A DNA stretch of 27,168 nucleotides from contig MTSL01000151.1 of assembly GCA_002794465.1 (NCBI GenBank), positions 1 to 27,168 of the forward strand, read 5' to 3'. The notes under the pieces are model-generated. The model did no database searches. It saw nothing but the letters and a program-made list of their open reading frames with translations, and was not told the DNA's origin. This document shows, piece after piece, positions 9,623-18,001 of the stretch (within the stretch, counting starts at the first letter, position 1; the number at the start of each line of letters is the position of its first letter). This DNA comes from Paramicrosporidium saccamoebae KSL3 (taxonomy: Eukaryota > Fungi > Cryptomycota). Position numbers and translations under genes: made by a program.

Positions 9623-9648
9623 GCCTATCGGCCAGGGTGTCGGTTTCA

Positions 9649-11464
9649 ATGGCGGCTCTCTATGAGCGGCTTTACGCAGAGGCTTTCTCCCAGCGCACGC
9701 TAATCGCCTCGTGCTACCTGTTGGCTGCCTACATTTGCATACAAGGCGTTTTGGACACGATGGCGAGACGATTGGAATGGCTCCGTGTCGGGTTCTTCAT
9801 TTGCCACGGGTTTGCAGGATTGCCCTTTATAGCCGTATTGTTAGCGCGACTTCGTCCAATAGCCAGTAGCATTGCTTGTCTAGCGCTTATTTATAGAGCC
9901 TGAGGTGAATAGCGGATTAAAGATTGTGAATGCCGGGAATGCAGTAACACTGGCCTGCTGGATTGCAGCCAATCTGGCATTCCTCTCCTCCTACTTTGGT
10001 CGATTTGCGCCCTCGTATTTGACCATGTATTCCTATCCCGAGGGTAAGTATGGACCGCCACTGCTGAGAGAGCAGCCGTTCTTTATCGCCTCGTTTGGAA
10101 TCTTTCTGGCCGTCCTCGGGTATATCAAGATGGAGTGGAGACACAAGAGCGCCATCAACTACCACTTGAACACGAACCCCTCGTTCTTCAAGCTTGCTGT
10201 CAACAAATTTTCCATCATGTTACCTCGTCTTGCATACGTCTTCTTGTATTCCATTGGCTTGTTGGGAGTAGAGAATATTGTTCTTGTCCCTCACACTTGG
10301 CTCCTGTATTCGCTCTTTGTGGGGTCCTTCAGGTCTCTTCGTCGTGGATCGCATTCCTTTTGGGAGTTTATTGATTTCCGCATGTTCTATCATCTGGCTT
10401 GGGCTGGTGCCTCGCTCCTCCTCCTCTACAGTCTTGTTGAAATTATCGTCGAATATGTATTTGGTCGCTGCTTCCATCTCTGTCGTGGTCTTCGTGCCCC
10501 TAATTCTGTCCTGCTAGCAGGCCTACAATCTCCCCGAACTGCCGTGAGGAACCAGGCCCTTCTTGAGCTGCGCCATGTCACCATGAATGAATCAGTGTGG
10601 CGATCCTCACTGTTCCGTGACTTTATTGGCGAAGAGGCGGCCAGCAAAGTTCTCTGTCGCTTCTTTATCAAGACGCTCAAGGATTATTCCAGCCACCTTC
10701 AAGTGCTCAACGAGGATTTAAAAATGTTCTCAACAGAATTTGAGCGCTTGTCTGGCGACGGATATGGAGCTGCAAATGTCGAGAAAGCGGCCGCATCGGC
10801 AAGCAACATTTTTTCTCCCAGAAGGCGGAATATCCTTGAGAGCATTTTGGACACTAGTGAGAAGCTCTCTAGACAAGCGAGTCCACCGAAAGCCGCATCA
10901 ATCAAGACAGTTCCGGATATCCTGGAAATCAAAGCCCGTCCTCTTCCCCCGTCTACAGTGCCAACGGAGCCCACAGTGGCCAAGCCCAAATATGCGAACA
11001 AATATGTGCGTCTGACTGTGGCAATGTTTGGTAGATTTGCCAGATACTTTCCAGCCCGAGTGTATGCCAGTCTCTCTTGCGAGATTATCAAATCCTGGTG
11101 GCTTGGAAACGAAGAATCAATCATCTGGCTTCTTGATGCGCTCGCCTCTTTCATTGTGGCCTCTTATGATGAGGATTGTCATGGACAGGTGCAGTTTTTG
11201 CTAAATGACATTCTTCTCGCCCTCTCTGAGCTATTAGAAGATCTATCCCAATTTGGACAATTGCCACAACTCAATGGCCGTCGCATGTTAGATGATCTAT
11301 TTGGAAACAATCCCTCCCCAACGGAACATCATGTCAGGCGGATCTCAGCTAGCACCCTTTCGACACTGGAGATGATTGTGGAAAAGTTTAGTGAAAGTTT
11401 GGATCAGCTTAAAATTAGTCCGGTTACCAGAGAAAAGTTGCGTAATCTTGGGCTCTTATTATAA
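9649..11464 (+). CDS. NDC1: Transmembrane nucleoporin Ndc1, about 594 aa
   Basis: Exons 9649-9865 and 9897-11464; 31-nt intron. N-terminal multi-pass hydrophobic region; [11 protein letters not shown]...WRSSLFRD; [28 protein letters not shown] matches the Ndc1 C-terminal motif (AL..LV.AS..ED.FG.VQ....IL). Confidence 0.88.
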
Positions 11465-11738
11465 ATATACAGCGAATAACTAAGTGATTAATAGTGAGTA
11501 GATTGTGGCGTTAGCGCGAGTGCCAGTGTCCCGTGGTGATACAACGGCCCATGTACAGAAACTCCTTATCGTGGCGCTTCAAGCGAGAGCTCTCTTTATT
11601 ATTGTCTTCATTTATGGGACAAGACTCACCATTAGATCGTAGCGCTCAATGGGAGCTTTTAGGCCTTAAACATGGCGAGTTGGCTCACCACGTCTCACAG
11701 CCAGTGTGGATAAACACAAAACTATTACATATGTATAC

Positions 11739-12509
11739 TCAGATGAATGCCGGCTCATGCTTTTTCACTTGCACTTGTCCACCACAATTAGCAAAACCAG
11801 TGCCATCAAATGCCAACGAAAGCACATTGGTATACACTGTACCACACTCGGTACACTTTTTGTCATCCTTTCCGACCTCGACAAGACATGATTTACAGAA
11901 AACATGGCCACATTCTCGCAGCAATACGATACCGGTCGCCTTGGAAATACTATCGCCACAGATCCTGCAGATGCATTCATTCTTCTCCTTTGTCCACTGC
12001 ACTGGAATGAGCTTCTTTGCAGTAATGCAGTGTTCCCCTGCAGGACAGTGTATTTCCTTTTTGGGTGTCACTACATTAGTCGCAGCTGAAGGAGCTTTGC
12101 TTGGCAGCCAAAATGCACTGTCCACTTTGGGGCCTGGAGTTTGGACCTTTGTACGTTTCACGCCGGAAGAAGTGCGTTCGAAATCGACGACTCGCTTCCG
12201 GTGCTCCTCATCCTGAATATCCTTTCCTTCCCGGGCCCTCCTTTCTTCCTGAGCTTCGTGGTCCTTTAGTTGTTGTGCCAGCTGTGTTCTGCGGGTTACG
12301 ATATAAGAGAGGATACATTCGCGACAGAACAAGTGTCCATCCGTACAACAAACAGGCTCTATGGCCACTTTTAAACACAAATGACACGCATCTGCTCTCC
12401 TGAACGACTCTCGTCCCAGCCGCTGGCTCTGGGTGCCATATTCCAGCTTTGCACGTTCAGCCGACGTGAAAAAGGCGCCGGCAGTGTTATTCTTCGAATG
12501 CCTCGTCAT
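11739..12509 (-). CDS. NOSIP: Nitric oxide synthase-interacting protein-like U-box/RING protein, 256 aa
   Basis: MTRHSKNNTAGAFFTSAERAK...YGTQSQRLGRESF...CHLCL...PVCCTDGHLFCRECIL, SAFWLPS, and a C-terminal RING (CRICGD...LRECGHVFCKSC...CTEC...GTGFA). ATG at 12509. Confidence 0.93.
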   Translation of the reverse strand: MTRHSKNNTAGAFFTSAERAKLEYGTQSQRLGRESFRRADACHLCLKVAIEPVCCTDGHLFCRECILSYIVTRRTQLAQQLKDHEAQEERRAREGKDIQDEEHRKRVVDFERTSSGVKRTKVQTPGPKVDSAFWLPSKAPSAATNVVTPKKEIHCPAGEHCITAKKLIPVQWTKEKNECICRICGDSISKATGIVLLRECGHVFCKSCLVEVGKDDKKCTECGTVYTNVLSLAFDGTGFANCGGQVQVKKHEPAFI

Positions 12510-12528
12510 CCCTGGGGTGGGCTGAACG

Positions 12529-13725
12529 ATGTCGGGTGTACGGGAACGGGTGCAAAGCGGAGTCGTGGCCACCCGGACACCGAACCGAACAAAGCAGTCC
12601 GTAAAGACTAGCAAATTTGAATTTGACGCACCACAATTTGAGGATTTTTGTCACCCGCGGTACGCTGGACAGCGACGGTTACTTGAAGAGGCAGTACTCC
12701 CAGCCGAACAACGCACCGAATGGATGGTGGACGAGATTGAAGAGGAGGAGGAGGAGACGAGAGCAATGGAAACCAGTGGGGACTCGGGAGACGAATGGTT
12801 CCAGAGGCCGCATCTTGAGCATGAACCCACTTCGCCATTTTCGCCCGTCGGCGCATTAATATCCCCCGAGAGGGATACCCCAAGGTCCACGACAGCAACC
12901 ACTCCAAGGTCTACTCCAAGACCCATTTCCAAGTCTACTCCAAGGTCCGTCCAGCAGGATTCTCTCATGTCACCCCGATCGTTCCGGTCTCCTACGCCTG
13001 TCCGTGGACTTGGTCTCCGTTCCAAGCCACAGCGAGTCATTCCAGGGAACAGCGGAGGCAGTTCGTTGGCCTCAGCAGCGAGTCCACAGTTAAGCAGTCC
13101 AATGGTGATGGAGTTTTCACAGATTGCCTCACTTGTAAAGAGTCCCACAACCCGATGGCAAGTGACAATGGCCGATCCTCGAAGTAGCAGCTCCATTGAG
13201 CGGTCAGTGATTCCCTCTTTGAGCGATACGAGTCTGCCCACTATTACGGGTTGGTCCTCAATACCTGAGACTCCTCCAGTTCTGGCGTCTGCCTTATTTG
13301 ATGCCGATATGGCTGCCCTTGGGAAGCGATCTTTGCCCAAGGACAGTCCGATGGTCAGGAAAGAACTGCCCATTCCGCTAATCAAGAGGATCGGACTGGC
13401 CTCCAGGGCGATGCGTGTTCCTGCTCCCGAACCACCCGGAGTCGACAGCTTAACTATTGAACCGATTGCAGCACCACCGAGACGCTCCTCTATCACAGTC
13501 ACAAAGAAACGCTCACCAGTAATCAAGAGGTTGCGTGTCGATGCGCGATTCTGTCCCGCACCCTCCGTTTTAAAGTCAAAGACTGGATCACGGAACACCT
13601 CTCCCCTGAAGACGGTCGTCCCTCCAAAGAAGGAAAAGCCGGTCAAGTTGGATGATTTGAAAAAGTTGCTTGCGGAACACAACCAAAAGCTCCGTCCTCA
13701 GATGAACATTACGCGGCGGCGCTAA
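12529..13725 (+). CDS. Disordered Ser/Thr/Pro-rich protein with a TPX2-like Aurora-kinase-binding motif, 398 aa
   Basis: Long ATG-initiated ORF. FEFDAPQFEDF followed later by GDEWF resembles the bipartite TPX2 motif (YSYDAPSDFINF...DSWF). Many S/T-P-(x)-R/K sites and a basic C-terminus. The ORF is probably real; the TPX2 relationship is motif-level only. Confidence 0.6.
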   Translation: MSGVRERVQSGVVATRTPNRTKQSVKTSKFEFDAPQFEDFCHPRYAGQRRLLEEAVLPAEQRTEWMVDEIEEEEEETRAMETSGDSGDEWFQRPHLEHEPTSPFSPVGALISPERDTPRSTTATTPRSTPRPISKSTPRSVQQDSLMSPRSFRSPTPVRGLGLRSKPQRVIPGNSGGSSLASAASPQLSSPMVMEFSQIASLVKSPTTRWQVTMADPRSSSSIERSVIPSLSDTSLPTITGWSSIPETPPVLASALFDADMAALGKRSLPKDSPMVRKELPIPLIKRIGLASRAMRVPAPEPPGVDSLTIEPIAAPPRRSSITVTKKRSPVIKRLRVDARFCPAPSVLKSKTGSRNTSPLKTVVPPKKEKPVKLDDLKKLLAEHNQKLRPQMNITRRR

Positions 13726-13803
13726 TTTTGTATAATAGACATTTTCATTACAGATTATTGACAGACTGGCGGGATGTAGAGAGACAAAACATATATTTAC
13801 AAT

Positions 13804-14346
13804 TTACTCTAAATTTCTCTGTAGCTTGCCGGGTAAACTAGCCACCCTCGTCCCTCTCCTCCCTGTCATCTCCACCAGCACATGGGCTGCCTCAAGCATT
13901 TGCACCTGCTGGTGTTTTGTCTGACACCACTTCCGGGTCATTTGCCACGACTCGTGGTGCTCCCATCTGTGTTTCACTAGACAGTTCTTGTGCTTATACA
14001 CTTTTCCGCATCGTTCACATTGATGCATGGCTGTCGTGTGGATTTTAATCCGCTTTGAATCGACCGTCTCCTCCGGCGGACTTGTTTCGTCCGAGTTTGG
14101 CTCTTCTCCATCCTCTGATCGCTGGGTCCGGCGCGAACGACGCAGGGTGGGGCTTTCGTCGTCTTCCTCAAAGTCCAACTCTTCCAGCTCACCCTCCTCC
14201 CGTTCTGGTCGTCCGTCAATGCGTTCTACCTGTGGTCCAGGCAATGCATGGGGAGACTCTTCACGGTCCGCAATTTCCGTTCTGCGACGACGGGTCTTCT
14301 CCTTCCAGCTGAACTTGCCCATCGTCGGAGTATTATCCAGTGGCAT
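13804..14346 (-). CDS. Fungal-type single C2H2 zinc-finger protein, about 180 aa
   Basis: HQCERCGKVYKHKNCLVKHRWEHHESW...KHQQVQMLEAAHVLV: C-x2-C-x12-H-x3-H followed by the KHQQVQxLEAA helix that I recall from a fungal C2H2 family. Acidic N-terminal half. Start could be 14346 or the next Met. Confidence 0.85.
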   Translation of the reverse strand: MPLDNTPTMGKFSWKEKTRRRRTEIADREESPHALPGPQVERIDGRPEREEGELEELDFEEDDESPTLRRSRRTQRSEDGEEPNSDETSPPEETVDSKRIKIHTTAMHQCERCGKVYKHKNCLVKHRWEHHESWQMTRKWCQTKHQQVQMLEAAHVLVEMTGRRGTRVASLPGKLQRNLE

Positions 14347-14568
14347 CGTTTGTAGTGAGAGCGTCGTCAAGGTGAGCGTTTGTGTCGATCCAAATACAAC
14401 CCTCGACGGATGGACACACTATCGACGGATGGCGGTGTAAAATAATTTATTGTCCTCTGACTTGTCCAAACTCTCTTCATTGCAATTTCTATATTAGGCA
14501 AACAAACACCTTAAGCTTATTTTTCTTTTTTGTCGTTGGTCAGGTCTGTTTGTGTTGTTTTGTGTTGC

Positions 14569-14598
14569 GTCGTGTTGTGTCGTGTTGTGTCGTGTTGC
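14569..14598 (+). repeat. 10-bp tandem repeat (GTCGTGTTGT)x3
   Basis: Seen directly within a GT-rich tract spanning about 14548-14600. Confidence 0.85.
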
Positions 14599-14650
14599 GG
14601 TGTGGATTAACTGGTGGCTGGCAGCTTGGAAGAGGCAATGTCCTTTTTCA

Positions 14651-14824
14651 GATTGCATAGACTTGTTGTGTGATGGGGCGTCAATGGTGTAAAGTTGTGA
14701 GAATTTGTGATAGTGCCATCAAGGTGTGTGGGTTAATGATAACGTTGTCAAGTTATGGGGGTCTTCGGTAGCGTTGCCAAGCTGTGAAGATTATCAATAG
14801 CGTTGTCAGGCTATACAAGGGCCG
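14651..14824. repeat. Degenerate array of six units with exact 29-bp period
   Basis: Units start at 14651, 14680, 14709, 14738, 14767 and 14796. Their first 20 nt match consensus GATAGCGTTGTCAAGTTGTG at 14, 14, 15, 18, 17 and 15 of 20; the last 9 nt are unconserved. Confidence 0.75.
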
Positions 14825-15106
14825 ATTCAATCAAAAATCCCCCAGAGGCAGCCCCAAACAACGACTCACGCCATCTCACATACAAGACTATATAGCCAAC
14901 ACTACTACTGGAATTCTCGGAAGAACATTTCACATCCAAGACAACCAGTAATAGACTTTTTGAGAATGTGAATATTAGCTTTACTCTATTCATGGTTGGT
15001 CACAAATCCCAGGGCAGCCGACCAATAGGGAGACGGGATTGGAGAGTCCTTTATTTCAGGTATTCAAGCCGCCAGGCTTCCGTGCATCGATACTAAACCA
15101 CTAGAC

Positions 15107-15664
15107 ATGACCGCCGAAGTCGAGAAACACAGCCACGCGGACCACGAAGAGCACGACCATGACCACGCTTGCTGCGACCACGACCATGACCATGATAACA
15201 GCGAGTCTGAGGGCGAAGAGCTCATCGGCGACGACAAAGTTCTGAACCGCAACGAAAAGAAGGCCCGCAAGCTCCTCAGCAAGCTCGGCCTGAAGCCCGT
15301 TGCCGGCATCGAGCGCGTCACCATTAAGCGCTCCCGTATGATATTTGCCATCGCCAACCCGACAGTGTACAAGAGTGGCGATAGCTACATTGTGTTTGGA
15401 GAGGCCAAGGTTGAGGATGCTGGATTCCAGGCGCAGGCGATGGCTGCACAGAAGCTGGCTATGGCCGCCCAGGCTGAGGAGGACGGAAAGGAAAAGGTGA
15501 CAGTTGTGGAGGAGGACGAGGAAGAGGTAGACATGAGCGGCGTGGATATGAAGGATGTCAATATTGTTATGGAGCAGACTAGTGTGTCCAAGGCAAAGGC
15601 TGTTGCCGCATTAAAGGCAAATGGCAATGATATTGTCAACACTATCATGGAATTGACCATGTAA
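15107..15664 (+). CDS. NACA: Nascent polypeptide-associated complex subunit alpha, 185 aa
   Basis: NRNEKKARKLLSKLGLKPVAGIERVTIKRS..IFAIANPTVYKSGDSYIVFGEAKVED NAC domain and C-terminal UBA (DVNIVMEQTSVSKAKAVAALKANGNDIVNTIMELTM). Confidence 0.97.
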   Translation: MTAEVEKHSHADHEEHDHDHACCDHDHDHDNSESEGEELIGDDKVLNRNEKKARKLLSKLGLKPVAGIERVTIKRSRMIFAIANPTVYKSGDSYIVFGEAKVEDAGFQAQAMAAQKLAMAAQAEEDGKEKVTVVEEDEEEVDMSGVDMKDVNIVMEQTSVSKAKAVAALKANGNDIVNTIMELTM

Positions 15665-15761
15665 CAGGGTGTCTAATAAAGAATGTCTTGTTACGGTTAA
15701 TATTAATCGAGCAAAGGATATCGACTATCAGTCGGCGAGATGCATGGCCAAACAGGATGTA

Positions 15762-16726
15762 TCAGTTGTTGAGATGCAATGCTGAACGGAGGGGATCAAT
15801 TTGGGCCAAGAGTGTTGACTTTTCCAGAATCTCCTCCTTTGGTAACCCCGCTAACCTGGCAACATGAACCCATGCGGCCAATGCCAAAGGCGCTTCTGGT
15901 TCAATGGACAGCAACTCGGAAATACTCTCCAGCTCTAACTTGTACTGATCCTCGTGTCCACCAAACCTCTCGGCCGCAAAGTTCAAGAGCCATCGAAGAT
16001 AAAACCAGCAGCTCTGATCGGCCGGTTCAGTAAAATATGCCGATTTGATCAGCTTGAGATCTAGTGGTCAGTCATCATGGATCAGGCTACCGGAGTCAAT
16101 AGCGTGTTTGAGCGCATCGGGTCCAACAATACCTTCCAATCGAGGGAATAAGAGACTCCTCCGATGCCAGGCAGAATAATTTGAGAAATTCCTGTATATC
16201 ATCAGGGTGGTAAAGTCAAATTCGGACTGGATGGACACGTTGAACGATTCTGTCAGGAACCATCGGTAATTCCAGCAATGAAAGTTGCGAGAGTCAAGCT
16301 CTAACAGTTTGTTGCACAACACTAGTTCATGCGCAACCTCCAATGGCGCTTCAGCCGATTTGAGGGCGATAATTATCCATTTACGATGAAACCATGCCCC
16401 ATATGACTTTGGGTTAGCCTTAATGGCCTCCACACTAAAACGTAATTCTGCCTCTACCATGTCTGCTGAGTCTTTTAATAACACTTGCAACGCCCTTCGT
16501 CGAATATTCCAGGCAGTCATAAAGTCAGGATTTAGCAACAGTAACTTTCCCGTCACTGTCATTATCGTCTGCAAGTGTTCAGAGTTTCGCAGTTTGAGAC
16601 ATTCTGCAACCAGCCCACGGTACTCTTCAACACGCACCACCTCTCCCGCATCCTGTTCGTCATGCACGTTTTCGGTCCGCTTCACTCCATGCTACACAAT
16701 GAACACTCCATTGATGCGACTACCAT
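15762..16726 (-). CDS. RABGGTA: Rab geranylgeranyltransferase alpha subunit (Bet4), about 300 aa
   Basis: Exons 16726-16724 (ATG only), 16691-16091, 16060-15762; introns of 32 and 30 nt. Spliced start MHGVKR. Prenyltransferase-alpha repeats NPDFMTAWNIRR, NPKSYGAWFHRKW, DSRNFHCWNYR, NFSNYSAWHRRS, FTEPADQSCWFYLRWLL. Confidence 0.93.
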
Positions 16727-16859
16727 TTCGAACACCCCCGTCAAAACAATGCTCGTCGACACCCAATACTCCAACCTCATCCGCCGCGTCTGTCTATTGC
16801 TGTCGGCCGTCTTTCTAGCATCGCTACTCTTCCTCAATCTGCTAACCGAGAAGCCTTTA

Positions 16860-17739
16860 TTAGCCCGCCCGCCAAATGACGGCCATTAATAATAAAATCA
16901 CGAGCATGAACAGAAAGAGCAGAAGCAATTTGTTTGATTCGTTGCGAACGGTAGACTTTTGTAGGTGCTGATTGCCGCGGTGCAAAAAACGCTGGGTCCT
17001 TGCCAGGTTGTAATCAATTCGATCCAGCAGACTGCCCTGTTCAATTGTCACTGTCTGCATGGACCGCAGCAATTCCACGACTTGGGCCATTGATTCCGAA
17101 ATGTCCTGTAGTTCCCCATCCCGATTGACACGTTCGAGAAGTTTTTGTGATTCCAACGTGCTTGCAAACTCGGTGGGCGGACTGCTAAACTTTCGGATGG
17201 AGGTTTGCGGCGAGTGAGCCACCCGACGCTGATTGTACTCTGATTGAACGTGTCGCAGATATTCGGCATGTTGGCCCAACTTGGCCAGTCTTGCGAGTCG
17301 GACATTTTGTCTCATCAGTCTGATCTCTACACAGGCATTGGGGGTGGCCAGTTGGTCTACTTTAGCTTGTGCTGTCCCGAACATCTAAATCTTCAGTCTC
17401 CCAAACGCCGCTACTCCTGATATTTGCTGCAGTAGATGCTCAATAATTGTGCACTCTTGCTCGCCCTTCCAGCTGATCTGTCTATTTCGATCATACTCTG
17501 CCTTTAGTCGCGTCACTAGCCATCAGTGCCATCTACTGTTTACCTGCATTGTGGATATCTGAAATGAGCCGTTCCACTGACATTTTTCTCTGTAGCCATT
17601 CTCGCATCTCCAGCGACGGCGGCTCCTTAAATGTCCGCAACTCAATTACCGTGTCACCTCGGTCCCCATCGCACCGTGTCGTCTGCAATGAATTCCGAAA
17701 CTTTTCAAAGAGCGCTGTCCTATTTCTCGTCACCGACAT
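16860..17739 (-). CDS. STX16: Syntaxin-16/Tlg2 Qa-SNARE, about 273 aa
   Basis: Exons 17739-17544, 17515-17415, 17384-16860; introns of 28 and 30 nt. N-peptide TRNRTALFEKFR; SNARE motif ELQDISESMAQVVELLRSMQTVTIEQGSLLDRIDYNL; C-terminal TM LLLLFLFMLVILLLMAVIW. Confidence 0.9.
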
Positions 17740-18001
17740 TCCATATTTCCTATTTGGGCACGAACAAATAAAGTTGTAAAGAAGTTTGTAGTGACTGAGG
17801 GGTGGGATCCATGTGGCTGAAGGGGTAAGATCGTGTGACTGAGGATGTGTAGCTGATGTGGGAGTTGTAATGAGGGATGAGGAATAAATAATCCTATTAC
17901 ATAATCTACCCTTTCACAATAGACCCTTTATTGAGGTGTTGGGTCCTGTTCATATACTCCTCCGCCATGCCCCCTGCTATACTTATCCCTGTACTCGTTC
18001 G

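Noticed and set aside
8792-9649. ORF-track 285-aa product read as a Dre2 with an aberrant C-terminus
   Set aside because: This is read-through of a 29-nt intron; splicing restores the normal second Cys motif and a stop at 8982.
11533-12216. 227-aa + strand ORF
   Set aside because: It is mostly antisense to NOSIP, starts at GTG and has no recognisable features.
12651-13682. 343-aa antisense ORF
   Set aside because: It is a shadow of the Ser/Pro/Thr-rich + strand gene, with no recognisable motifs.
14651-14824. CRISPR array interpretation of the 29-bp periodic array
   Set aside because: The context is eukaryotic, the repeats are too degenerate, the 9-nt variable parts are far shorter than CRISPR spacers, and no cas genes are present.
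14811-14993. 60-aa ATG-initiated minus-strand ORF upstream of the array
   Set aside because: It shows no homology or motif and its length is within chance expectation. It cannot be excluded without expression data.
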